From positions 841,280-905,279 of the forward strand of contig CP011210.1 in the NCBI GenBank assembly GCA_001029675.1: a DNA stretch of 64,000 nt, read 5' to 3'. Below the pieces are notes generated by a model, which was given only the letters and a program-made list of their open reading frames with translations, made no database searches and had not been told where the DNA came from. Made by a program: the position numbers and the translations under genes. This DNA comes from Candidatus Beckwithbacteria bacterium GW2011_GWC1_49_16. GTDB lineage: Bacteria > Patescibacteriota > Microgenomatia > UBA1400 > CG1-02-47-37. Within the stretch, counting starts at the first letter, position 1. Each line of letters starts with the position of its first letter. This document shows positions 9,777 through 19,146 of the stretch, piece by piece.

Positions 9777-11705
9777 TTAGACTGATATATCAGTCCTTTT
9801 TCTAAGAGCAAGACCTTCTCGAATTAATTTATTGAGAAGGTCATTAACGGTTTTATCAACTTGTTGCCATACTTCTTCGTCAATTTCATTGGTGACTCCC
9901 GGATCGTGTCTTCTAAGTGATGCTTGAAAGACTTCGGCAAAGAGTTCTTCTTGCGACTGTAGCTCTGAAAATTCAATATCTTTTTTCCTTAAAAGGGAGA
10001 AAATGTGCCTTACTTTTTGTCTATCTTCAGAGGGATAATAACTAGTTATGAGTCCCTCAACCTCTTCGGGGTTATCCTCAACCATTTTAGTGATAACAAA
10101 TGGCAAAATTACTCTATTAAAATAGACCCCTGCCGGTTCAATTTTGAACATCCTTCTTTCTGGCGCTTTAAAAAGTTCGAGGTTATTCTCGATAGTATCA
10201 AGCATTCTCTTTTCGAATTCGTTCAACCTATAACCTGACTGATCTAAGTACTGTTTATATTCGTTTTGGTAAAAATCCTCGATCGAGGCGATGGGAGTAT
10301 CACTTTCCCCTTTGGCAAAAAGTCTATAGATCATAAGGTCGTCTAAGGGTTGAGAATAATACTTACTGGAGGCACCATAAAGTCTATAAAGGAAGTAAGT
10401 TAACTTGAAAAAAAGAGATTTTTCATTGACATCATTATCAGGAAACACAAATTCTGTGGCCGGGTAGTCGGTAATACCAGCTTCATTTATATCCTTGTCG
10501 GTTCTTTCTAAAAATTCAATTATGGATTCGTTGCTAAGATCTAGAGATGCAAATTTGCCTGACGGAGTAAAAAAAGTTTTCAGGTTTCTGGTGGGACGGA
10601 AGAGCTCAAGCATTTCTTCAAGGGCGACGGTGTACTTGACGACATCAACGTCTTTCTCAAGAAAAACGATCTTTTTGTGAAGCGAGTGGCCGAATTCGTG
10701 AAGTACGTATTCTTTCCAAACGGTCGGAAATTTCCTGAAACTTTCTATATTTGCTTCTCCTATCCCCAAAACAATCTGGTTTAAAAAGTCGTCGTACTCA
10801 CCCCAAGGATTGTCGCCACCTTCAAATACACCTAAATTCGAAGCTGCTCTTTCTAAGCGATATTCTTTGAGAATTTGTTTTATTTCTTCTTTCAGTTCTT
10901 CATCTTCGGTTGCGACATAAATATTAGCCTCTTTGGGCCTTTTTGGTGCAATGGGGCCTTCCCGAAATTTGATTATTTTTCTCTGCGAGAGACTCTTAAC
11001 TTTAAGATAATTAAGAAGCGTTCCTTGATCAAGGAGTCTGTAAAGAGGACTTTGCTGACGGATCGCGCCAATAGTAGCCAACGCACTGTTGTCATCCCCG
11101 TATCGATCTTCAGAAACAGACCAAACGTCCGCCCACTGGGCGTTAATCGAGAATATCTCTTCTCCTAAAAAGGGGTCGCGAGTATCATAAACGTTAGTGA
11201 TAGATGGATTTCTCAAAGCCTCTTCAAACTTTTCAGGGACATTCCAGTATTCTTCTCTAACCATTAAAAGGGCCCAAACGGCACTGCCAACTTCGTAAAA
11301 ATCATCTTCTATCATCGTTTTGGCTCGCGGGCTTAAATTGCCTTCATTTTTAAGATCGAGATAAACCTGCTTCAGCCTTTTTAACTGGGACATTGATTTT
11401 TCCGTATTGCTTTGCCATTTTTCCTCGTCAAAGGAAATTAGTGCCAGCTGATCTTTAAATTGATAAGGGATGAGACCAAGCTCTCTTTCAATCTGGGGCA
11501 TAAATTTTTCCGGCTCAAAATCTTCTACGTTTTCAAAAAATCTTGTTTCAGACCAGTTGATTCTTTCTCTGGGGGCTTCGTGAGGAAGAAATTTTTCTAA
11601 CTTAAGTAACCAGGGTATCGCGGCCAACTTCAGAACCTCTCTTCTTTTAAGATCAACTTGTGGCCTAGGCAGGTTACCTGTTTCTAATCCGCCTGAATCT
11701 TTCAT
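9777..11705 (-). CDS. Orphan HExxH zinc-metalloprotease-like protein with twin-arginine-like N-terminus
   Basis: LKRREVLK; VLHEFGHSLH; distal EELFAE; visibly AT-richer than flanks. Confidence 0.6.
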   Translation of the reverse strand: MKDSGGLETGNLPRPQVDLKRREVLKLAAIPWLLKLEKFLPHEAPRERINWSETRFFENVEDFEPEKFMPQIERELGLIPYQFKDQLALISFDEEKWQSNTEKSMSQLKRLKQVYLDLKNEGNLSPRAKTMIEDDFYEVGSAVWALLMVREEYWNVPEKFEEALRNPSITNVYDTRDPFLGEEIFSINAQWADVWSVSEDRYGDDNSALATIGAIRQQSPLYRLLDQGTLLNYLKVKSLSQRKIIKFREGPIAPKRPKEANIYVATEDEELKEEIKQILKEYRLERAASNLGVFEGGDNPWGEYDDFLNQIVLGIGEANIESFRKFPTVWKEYVLHEFGHSLHKKIVFLEKDVDVVKYTVALEEMLELFRPTRNLKTFFTPSGKFASLDLSNESIIEFLERTDKDINEAGITDYPATEFVFPDNDVNEKSLFFKLTYFLYRLYGASSKYYSQPLDDLMIYRLFAKGESDTPIASIEDFYQNEYKQYLDQSGYRLNEFEKRMLDTIENNLELFKAPERRMFKIEPAGVYFNRVILPFVITKMVEDNPEEVEGLITSYYPSEDRQKVRHIFSLLRKKDIEFSELQSQEELFAEVFQASLRRHDPGVTNEIDEEVWQQVDKTVNDLLNKLIREGLALRKRTDISV

Positions 11706-11756
11706 GTAGCCAATTATATCGAGATAGGCCTGTGGTTGTCGACCTAGGAGGAAAGT

Positions 11757-12425
11757 TTATTCGGTGGTTTTTTCCGGGCCGGCGTTGTGGAAGGATGAGG
11801 CAAAGGCTTTGATGCGAGCTTCATCGAAGCTGTCCATTTTGTCGATCTTGCCCCAGGCGGTTAAGGCGATGGCGACGTCGAGCTCCGGGCGAGGGACGAT
11901 GATCAGGCGTTGATAAGAATTTAAAAGTGGGGTTAATTGATCAACTAAAGCCTGGCAAGGCGCGGAAGCAAACCTTTCCGGCAAATCGACGACTTTGTCC
12001 GGCGGGTTTTCAGGCGTAAGCCAGCTCATGCCGGCCGGCGGGGTGAAGGTTAAATGATACAGGTCGGGGCTGGCCGAACTGGTAGCAATGTCTTCTCCCT
12101 CGTGGGCAAAGACGGCAGGAATAAAACGGCCGGCGGACAACCGGTCGCAGTTGTAGGAGATGACCACGTACCCATGCTCTAAGGAATGAATTAAGTAACC
12201 GTCTGATAAAACTTGGGTATAGGCTCCCCTTTTGGCCCAAACGGGAAAGTGGGGGCCGGAGGTGGGCGGGTTGGAGTTATAGTTTACGCCGGCGATGTCG
12301 TTGACGTGGTCTGCTCCTTGGTCGGCGATGGTGTCAAAGTGAAGATTTTCACTGCCGCGGCTAAACCAAAACCAGGCGCCAATGACGGCGGCGATGATAA
12401 TGGTTGGCCAAAGAAATTTTTTCAT
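11757..12425 (-). CDS. DUF3105 family exported protein
   Basis: N-terminal TM; YNSNPPTSGPH, HSLEHGYVVISY, IALTAWG. Confidence 0.85.
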   Translation of the reverse strand: MKKFLWPTIIIAAVIGAWFWFSRGSENLHFDTIADQGADHVNDIAGVNYNSNPPTSGPHFPVWAKRGAYTQVLSDGYLIHSLEHGYVVISYNCDRLSAGRFIPAVFAHEGEDIATSSASPDLYHLTFTPPAGMSWLTPENPPDKVVDLPERFASAPCQALVDQLTPLLNSYQRLIIVPRPELDVAIALTAWGKIDKMDSFDEARIKAFASSFHNAGPEKTTE

Positions 12426-12428
12426 GAC

Positions 12429-13166
12429 TTATTTAAGTTCGAAGGTAACGGAAACGGTTTTTGACAGCCTTTCTCTGCCCGGCTCGATCGGGGTGGCGGT
12501 TTGGTCGGAGACCACCTCCAGGCCGCGGTAGATGGGGCCAACTCCCGACTCGGAAACGGTCAAGACTTTGCCCAAACGGCGACCGGAAGCTTTGGCGGCG
12601 GCTTGGGCTTTTTCCCTGGCGTCGGCAATGGCTTGCTCGAGAAGCTGACTGTCGTAGTCGGCGGTGTCGTCAAGGGAAAAATTGGGGCCGGAGACTGAAG
12701 TGGCGCCAGAGCTAGCCAGCAAATCTGCCAGCTCTCCCGCCCGGTCGATGTTTTTGAGTTTGATCTCGACGGTGTTTGAGGCTTGCCACTGGTTGCCGGT
12801 TCGGGGGCGGGGCGGGTAGATCATAATCTCGACCTCGCCATCGGTTTGATAGACGCTAATCTCTCTGGTTTGTAAATCCTCGTCGGCAATACCAAAACTT
12901 TTTAGCGAGTCGATTAGGTCGGCCATATTGGAATTGACTTGGTCGACGGCAACTTCTTTGTCAGCGTCGGTGACGCTAACTGTGGCAGAAAAGCGGGCTA
13001 CCTGCGGCAGGGTGTCTAGGTGGGCCTCACCGGTGACGGTTAAGCTTGAGCCGGGCAAGACCTCAAACTTGCCCCAGTTGACCCTGTCCCAGGGCAAAAC
13101 GAAAATTCCAGCGAGAACTACCAGAACGATAACTAGAACTTTCGCCCAGTAAGGTTTAAAAATCAT
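12429..13166 (-). CDS. SIMPL (DUF541) domain protein
   Basis: LTVTGEA, GPNFSLDD, AIADAREKA, VSVTFELK. Start moved to MIFKPYW (TACTCT 6 nt upstream). Confidence 0.9.
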   Translation of the reverse strand: MIFKPYWAKVLVIVLVVLAGIFVLPWDRVNWGKFEVLPGSSLTVTGEAHLDTLPQVARFSATVSVTDADKEVAVDQVNSNMADLIDSLKSFGIADEDLQTREISVYQTDGEVEIMIYPPRPRTGNQWQASNTVEIKLKNIDRAGELADLLASSGATSVSGPNFSLDDTADYDSQLLEQAIADAREKAQAAAKASGRRLGKVLTVSESGVGPIYRGLEVVSDQTATPIEPGRERLSKTVSVTFELK

Positions 13167-13234
13167 CTCTTGAGAGTAACATCTTAAACTCAAAGGTGTC
13201 AATCACTCTGGTATAATAACCCATAATTTTTAAA

Positions 13235-14074
13235 ATGGGCTGGACAGAGAAAGTTTTAAATACCAAGCCAGAATTAAAGTATAAGAGCGTTCCTGAAGCT
13301 CTTGAGGCTTTTGCTTTAGAGCAAGAAACTTACAGAAATTCTGATGAAGTCGAGCGCTTCGGGGTGGAAACGCGCAAGGGTTTAAGAGAAGCAACCAGAG
13401 AAAGTGCCTGGTTTAAGCGAATTTATGGCGAGGCGGTTAACCGCTTCTCGGTACCTTTAAGTGGCGTCGACCTCCGCCAACTGAAGGGAGAGTTGAGTGG
13501 GGCCATTTTTGAAAACATGGCTTATCATTTTCTACTGGCTGACTTAGACAACCAAACTACCTTGCTGTCGCCCCAGCAAACATTTGAGATTTATTTAATT
13601 CAACTGGGGCTCGACTACACCAGTGAAAAAGTAATTCAACACCCTTTTGACGGCTGGGGAATTATAGGCATAAGCGTTCCCGATGGCTTGGAAGTAGGTT
13701 TAATCGATTTACAAATTAAACGCGTCCACGAGTATACCACTTCGAATAAAAACCACCACTTAAGCCGCAAGGTCACTAGCTTTTGGGCGAACCGACAACA
13801 TCATCAATTTCCCCCAAGCGAAGCAGGCTTAACCATGACGCTCCCAGACGGGATAATGATTGAAAACAGACGCTTGGCTAAAGATTTAAAAACTAAACAC
13901 CTGCCGATTACCGGCAGTCAGTTTAGAGAATTCATTCACCACACCATAAACCACTACCGCTCGTTTCAGCCCTTAGAAGAAGGCGTAGCCAGCGCCACCT
14001 TGATGGAAATACAAGAATTTGCCCGGGCGCGGGCGGGCCAAACAGCAGAAGTTGCTACCACTCTGGTAAAATAA
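13235..14074 (+). CDS. Orphan, possible PD-(D/E)xK-fold nuclease
   Basis: GAIFE...SVPDGL...VHEYT spacing resembles a REase core. Confidence 0.5.
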   Translation: MGWTEKVLNTKPELKYKSVPEALEAFALEQETYRNSDEVERFGVETRKGLREATRESAWFKRIYGEAVNRFSVPLSGVDLRQLKGELSGAIFENMAYHFLLADLDNQTTLLSPQQTFEIYLIQLGLDYTSEKVIQHPFDGWGIIGISVPDGLEVGLIDLQIKRVHEYTTSNKNHHLSRKVTSFWANRQHHQFPPSEAGLTMTLPDGIMIENRRLAKDLKTKHLPITGSQFREFIHHTINHYRSFQPLEEGVASATLMEIQEFARARAGQTAEVATTLVK

Positions 14075-14078
14075 CTCC

Positions 14079-15221
14079 ATGAAAAACTCGCCGGCACTGG
14101 CCTACTCTCAAAAGCCCAAGCTGGCGGTGAAAATCCTGGCGCCATTGAAAAGCAAAAGAGATTTGAGTTTGGCCTATACGCCCGGCATTGCCGAGGTGGC
14201 CAAAGCGGTGGCGGCAGACGGCAACAAACTTTATACTTACACCTTTAAAAGAAACAATCTGGCGGTAATTTCGGACGGGTCGGCGGTGTTGGGGCTGGGG
14301 AACATCGGCCACAAGGGCAGCTACCCGGTGATGGAGGGCAAGGCGATGTTGTTTCGCCGCTTTGGCAGAATCAACGCCGTGCCGATCATTGTCAAAACCC
14401 AAAAGGTCGATGAGTTTGTGGACACGGTAGTCAACATTGCCGATTCTTTTGGGGCGATTAACCTTGAAGACATCAGCGCCCCGCGCTGCTTTGAGATTGA
14501 AGAGCGGTTAAAGAAGCTTTTGGACATTCCCCTGATGCACGACGACCAGCACGGCACGGCCATCGTGGTGCTGTCGGCTTTGACCAATGCCTTAAAACTT
14601 CTGCCCAAATCAGGCAAAAACACCCGGATCGTGATGGTCGGCTCCGGGTCGGCGGGAGTGGCGGTGAGCCGGCTTTTAGTCATGGCCGGCTATAAAAACA
14701 TCATTCTGTGCGATTCCAAAGGCATCGTCAGCAAACGCCGGCGCGACCTGAACCCGGTAAAAAGAGCCATGCTCAAGGTGACCAACCCCAATAATGTTTC
14801 GGGGAAAATCCAAGACGCTTTGAAAGGCGCCCAAGGGCTAATCGGGGTGTCGCGGGCGGGGCTGGTCGGCCCGGCCGATATTAAACTGATGGATAAAGCG
14901 CCGATTATTTTTGCCATGGCCAACCCGGTGCCGGAGATTATGCCCGACGAAGCCCGCCGCGCCGGGGCCGGGATCGTGGGCACGGGCAGGAGCGACTATC
15001 CTAACCAAATCAACAACGCTTTGGCTTTCCCCGGAGTCTTCCGAGGGGCGATTGACGCCAGGGCGAAAATTACCGACAAGATGAAACTGGCCGCAGTTGC
15101 CGCCATCGTCTCCTACCACCAAAAGAATTTAGCCAAAAACAAACTCATGCCGAGGGTATTGGATTCTAAAGTCCACCAAGTGATTGCCCGGGCGGTTTAC
15201 TCGGCCGCCAAACAAAAGTAG
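14079..15221 (+). CDS. NAD(P)-dependent malic enzyme (short type)
   Basis: LSLAYTPG, SDGSAVLGLGNIG, INLEDISAPRCF, HDDQHGTA, ANPVPE, GRSDYPNQINN. Confidence 0.95.
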   Translation: MKNSPALAYSQKPKLAVKILAPLKSKRDLSLAYTPGIAEVAKAVAADGNKLYTYTFKRNNLAVISDGSAVLGLGNIGHKGSYPVMEGKAMLFRRFGRINAVPIIVKTQKVDEFVDTVVNIADSFGAINLEDISAPRCFEIEERLKKLLDIPLMHDDQHGTAIVVLSALTNALKLLPKSGKNTRIVMVGSGSAGVAVSRLLVMAGYKNIILCDSKGIVSKRRRDLNPVKRAMLKVTNPNNVSGKIQDALKGAQGLIGVSRAGLVGPADIKLMDKAPIIFAMANPVPEIMPDEARRAGAGIVGTGRSDYPNQINNALAFPGVFRGAIDARAKITDKMKLAAVAAIVSYHQKNLAKNKLMPRVLDSKVHQVIARAVYSAAKQK

Positions 15222-15988
15222 CTGCCGATTAGGGAAAATTCTTCCAAGTGGGTTTGTTGGTTATAGAAGGTCGAGGCAGAACCGCCGTCGAGGTTTAAAG
15301 CCGTGGTGAAGCTTAACCCTAAAGTCTCGGCCAGGTTAACCAAAAGGCGCGGAGTCTCGGCCAAAAGCGGCCCGGTAAAAGCCGAGTCTTCCCCGACGAG
15401 CGCCAAAAAAACCAGCTGGCCTTGGAGGGTAGTAGCGGCGACTACTCGGCGGCGGGGTTCGTCGTTTTTGATCCTCAAAGGCAAAGGCAGGCCGTTGGCA
15501 ATCAGCAGCGGCCCCGACTGCAAACCCCAGTCAACCGCCCCCTGCGGTCTGACGTTGCTCAAAGAAACTTGGCCTTGATTTAAACTTAAGTAGCCGTTTA
15601 AGAAATCTGACAAAACCGGCGGAGACGCTTGGCGACCCTCGGCAACCAACCAACCGATGGGTTCGCCGTTAAGGTCGTAAAATCCGCCGGAAACTAAACC
15701 AGAGCAGGTAGAGATTAGATCGGCGCTTTCGGCTTTAGCTTGGTGATTGGGGAAAAGCTTGAGGCTGGCGGGATCGTCAACCGCCAAAACGGCGTAGTGA
15801 AAGGTTTGGTCTTCAAAAAAGAAAGTGTCCATGGTGGCTAAAACCACTTCGGGGGTTTGGGGACCCTCCTGGCTAACACCCCTCGGGGTAAGCTGGGGCT
15901 CTTCGACGGAAGTTGGATCAAAGTTGGTTTTTTGGTAAAACCAAACTCCAGTTAAAACCACCCCCAAAAGGATGAGGATCTTTTTCAT
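15197..15988 (-). CDS. Phosphodiester glycosidase (NAGPA-like) exported protein
   Basis: Signal/TM; GGFY, QSGPLL, ALNLDGGSAS. Confidence 0.85.
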   Translation of the reverse strand: MKKILILLGVVLTGVWFYQKTNFDPTSVEEPQLTPRGVSQEGPQTPEVVLATMDTFFFEDQTFHYAVLAVDDPASLKLFPNHQAKAESADLISTCSGLVSGGFYDLNGEPIGWLVAEGRQASPPVLSDFLNGYLSLNQGQVSLSNVRPQGAVDWGLQSGPLLIANGLPLPLRIKNDEPRRRVVAATTLQGQLVFLALVGEDSAFTGPLLAETPRLLVNLAETLGLSFTTALNLDGGSASTFYNQQTHLEEFSLIGSYFCLAAE

Positions 15989-16005
15989 GGCTCAATTATA
16001 CTTGA

Positions 16006-16584
16006 CTAGTAGCCGCCGTCGGGCAAGTCTTGCATCATCTTGTCGAGCGTTTCCTGGTCCATCACTTGGTCGCCCTCGGCGCTAGGCTGCATCAGGTCTT
16101 CCATCATGGCGCCAAAGTCGGCGAAAGTAACGTCGGCCGGAGGCTCGAACATGGAGTCGGCGACGACTGCGGGCAGACAGCTGTAGTCAACGTCAGGAGC
16201 AGTGTAGTCGCCCTGATCGGTGGTCTCGTCGGGCACGACGCTGGGTTCGGGCTGGTCAAATAAAGAACCCTCGGCCGGGTCGGAACAGAATTTGGTACCC
16301 TGGCCGTCTTGACCCCAAGAGTACATGCAGTTGTCGCGGATGATGATGTCGACTTGACCGGTGTCGCCGAGCATCTGTCCTCGGTACATTTCGCCTTTGA
16401 CGTAACCTTCATACTGGACCTCGTCCACGGTATAGGTACATTTCATCGGTACGCCCAACTTTACGGCGGCGGCCAGCGAGCCGGTGAAGACGTCCTGGCC
16501 GGTCGGGGTTTTGCCGCCTTTAAGGTAGAACCAGCCGATGCCGGCCAAAACCACCACAGCGACGATTATTAAAATATTTTTCAT
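16006..16584 (-). CDS. Exported hypothetical protein
   Basis: N-terminal TM, MKCTY, acidic tail; SD-like GGGGGTGAG upstream. Confidence 0.75.
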   Translation of the reverse strand: MKNILIIVAVVVLAGIGWFYLKGGKTPTGQDVFTGSLAAAVKLGVPMKCTYTVDEVQYEGYVKGEMYRGQMLGDTGQVDIIIRDNCMYSWGQDGQGTKFCSDPAEGSLFDQPEPSVVPDETTDQGDYTAPDVDYSCLPAVVADSMFEPPADVTFADFGAMMEDLMQPSAEGDQVMDQETLDKMMQDLPDGGY

Positions 16585-16601
16585 TGGTTACTCACCCCCT
16601 C

Positions 16602-17072
16602 TCAAAAGTTGAGTTGAACGATTGATAGATTCAAGTAGGCAGCAAAGCTAACCCAGGCCAGGTAAGGCAGAAGCAGCAGGCCGGCGGTTTGGCTCAAGCG
16701 ATAGAATTTGACCAGGGTGACTAAAATCAAAAGCCACAAGATAATGATTTCTACTAAAGCCAGGTCGGGGCGTTTGAGACCAAAAAATAAGTAAGACCAG
16801 AAAAAATTAGCCACCAGCTGGAGGGCGTAGAAAGCGAGGGCGGCTTTGACTTTTTTGGCTTTGGCCTTGACCATAAGGATAAGGTAGGAAGCGTAGCCCA
16901 TGAGCAGGAAAAGCAGGGTCCAGACCGGGGCAAAAACAAAGTTGGGCGGGGTGAACGAGGGCTGGTTGATGGTCGCGTACCAAGTGGTGATTGAAGGGGT
17001 AGTGACAAGAGAGCCTAGAAAGCCAACAAGTTGAGGGACAGCTAAAGCGACGATCAGCTTGGTAAGATTCAT
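16602..17072 (-). CDS. tspO: TspO/MBR tryptophan-rich sensory protein
   Basis: WYATINQPSFTPP, FAPVWTLLF, LLPYLAWVSFA. Confidence 0.95.
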   Translation of the reverse strand: MNLTKLIVALAVPQLVGFLGSLVTTPSITTWYATINQPSFTPPNFVFAPVWTLLFLLMGYASYLILMVKAKAKKVKAALAFYALQLVANFFWSYLFFGLKRPDLALVEIIILWLLILVTLVKFYRLSQTAGLLLLPYLAWVSFAAYLNLSIVQLNF

Positions 17073-17095
17073 TGAGACAATTGTATACTAGACAG

Positions 17096-17569
17096 ATGGA
17101 AAAGGAAGCCATATTTGCCGGAGGCTGTTTTTGGTGCATTGAGGCGGCGTTTGTAGATATGGAGGGGGTGTTGGAAGTGACTTCGGGCTACACCGACCAC
17201 TATGAAGCGGTCAAAGTGGTTTATGACCCGGACAAGGTAGCTTACGAGAAATTACTCGAAAGATTTTGGCAGCAGATCGACCCGACCGACCCCAATGGCC
17301 AGTTTGCCGACGTGGGGCCGCAATACCGGACGGCGATTTTTTATGCCGATGATGCCCAAAAACGGGCGGCGGAAAAATCGCGCGACGAACTTGACCGCTC
17401 GGGTAAGTTTGAGGAACCGATCGTCACCGAGATTTTGCCGGTAGGAGAGTTTTACCCTGCCGAAGACTACCACCAGGAGTATTACCGCAAAAACCCGACG
17501 CATTACAAGCTCTACAAAGCCGGCTCGGGAAGAGAGGGGTATATTAAGAAGACGTGGGGGAAGGATTAA
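17096..17569 (+). CDS. msrA: Peptide methionine sulfoxide reductase A
   Basis: AGGCFWC, GQFADVGPQYRTAIF, FYPAEDYHQEYY. Start at ATG 17096. Confidence 0.93.
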   Translation: MEKEAIFAGGCFWCIEAAFVDMEGVLEVTSGYTDHYEAVKVVYDPDKVAYEKLLERFWQQIDPTDPNGQFADVGPQYRTAIFYADDAQKRAAEKSRDELDRSGKFEEPIVTEILPVGEFYPAEDYHQEYYRKNPTHYKLYKAGSGREGYIKKTWGKD

Positions 17570-18480
17570 AATCTACCCATGATTCTATCGACATCCATCA
17601 TCAGCATAACTTGCCTTATTTGCTCGTCGGTAAAATCAGGATTTTGCGCTCTTACGCTTTCTTCAAAAACAAACTTAGTCAGCTCCAAAGCATACTCGCG
17701 TCGGGCTTTTTCGCTTTCTAAAAATCTTGCGGCTTGACTCTTAGAGATTTTGCCGTCAAGAGCCATTTTGGTTACTTCACCTTTGTCTTCCAGCGCGGCT
17801 AAAAAAATCTCGAATTGCTCTCTAAATTTACTGCCAGGCCTGCCGACTTTTAACAAGTTCGTAGGTATTTCGTTAGGATCGACCTCTTCTTCAACTTCAT
17901 CTTCTTCTAAGCCTCTGTACTGCGATACAGGAAAACCTGTATCTTCTAGGGTTTTAGAGACTTGAGCCCTGGCGTCTTCGTCCCAACCTAAAACCTGGAG
18001 TTGATAACCTGGGGCAAACAGGTAGTTATCCCTTTCTTCCCTAGTTGGTTCCCGGCCATTTTCTGCTTGAAAACGCTTTTCCCAAAACTTCTCCTGCTTG
18101 CGGGCCTTTGAAATTGACGGCCGAGATATAGCTACATAGACAGGATCGTGTTGGCCGACTATTTTGAAAGAGTCTAAGTCGAAAGAGTCAAGAATGCTAT
18201 CGTGAGGGAAAAATTTCTCCAGGGGGATTAACCCTTGAGGAAATTCTGCTTCTAGTTGAGTAAGTTCATCATCGAGTATCTTAGAAAGATCGTCACCTAG
18301 CCAACCTTCGCTAAAGTAATCACGCAACCTGGCGTCATTATACTTGACCTCGTTGACGACGGCGAAAATTTGCCTCAACTCATCCGGGGTAAGCTCCAAG
18401 GGTACAAGCCGGTCGTTGCCGATGGTAACAATGCGGTCTTTTATTGGCGGAATTGAATTTTGAGTTGTTTCTGGCGGCAT
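17566..18480 (-). CDS. Orphan acidic protein
   Basis: 304-aa ORF with leaderless-type TAAATT-6nt-ATG. Confidence 0.7.
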   Translation of the reverse strand: MPPETTQNSIPPIKDRIVTIGNDRLVPLELTPDELRQIFAVVNEVKYNDARLRDYFSEGWLGDDLSKILDDELTQLEAEFPQGLIPLEKFFPHDSILDSFDLDSFKIVGQHDPVYVAISRPSISKARKQEKFWEKRFQAENGREPTREERDNYLFAPGYQLQVLGWDEDARAQVSKTLEDTGFPVSQYRGLEEDEVEEEVDPNEIPTNLLKVGRPGSKFREQFEIFLAALEDKGEVTKMALDGKISKSQAARFLESEKARREYALELTKFVFEESVRAQNPDFTDEQIRQVMLMMDVDRIMGRF

Positions 18481-18492
18481 GGCGAGAATTTA

Positions 18493-19077
18493 TCAAAAAG
18501 ACGTGGGGGGAATAGGCTGATCTCGAAGTTTTTCTTTTAAAGGATCGAAAGTGGCTAAGCTGATAGTGCCGGGAACGGCCCGGTCCAGGTTTAAAATGCC
18601 CTCTAAGTGATCATACTCGTGTTGGATGAGTCTGGCTAGATCACCGGAAAAGTTGTCTTCTTGCTCTTGACCGCTGCCGTCAATCCATTTTATTCTGATG
18701 GCTTCTGACCTTTCGACGTCGGCGCTGATGATGCCGGCGCTGATGCAAACCTCTCGAAAAAAGTTGGTTGAGTCTGAATATCTGATGATCTCGGGATTGA
18801 TAAAAATGTCCACTTCTTGATTTTCGTTTAGGGTGACAAAGACTCTTTTGCTCTCACCGATTTGGGGAGCGGCTAGTCCCCGGCCCATGCCGGTTAGCTT
18901 TCTGTATTTTTTCAAAACCCGACCCAAACGCTGGCCAATCTCCAACCCTTCTTCAACATCAACTTCTTGGGTTTTGGTCCTTAAGACCGGGTCGCCGGCA
19001 TAAACGATCTCGGGGACGACCCCGGTAACGCACATAAAGTCTTCGGCCAACGCTTGCAGTTGTTTTTCTCGCGCCAT
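18493..19077 (-). CDS. def: Peptide deformylase
   Basis: GRGLAAPQIG, EVCIS, QHEYDHLEG. Start MAREK with TATAAT 6 nt upstream. Confidence 0.9.
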   Translation of the reverse strand: MAREKQLQALAEDFMCVTGVVPEIVYAGDPVLRTKTQEVDVEEGLEIGQRLGRVLKKYRKLTGMGRGLAAPQIGESKRVFVTLNENQEVDIFINPEIIRYSDSTNFFREVCISAGIISADVERSEAIRIKWIDGSGQEQEDNFSGDLARLIQHEYDHLEGILNLDRAVPGTISLATFDPLKEKLRDQPIPPTSF

Positions 19078-19146
19078 GGCCGGATTATACCACAATATCA
19101 ACCTATAATGTTGTTTGGCGGGGCTAGTTAGGCTATAATCCGGACC

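Noticed and set aside
9704-11756. tRNA-Pro as attB of an integrated element
   Set aside because: No duplicated tRNA 3' end and no integrase found in the window.
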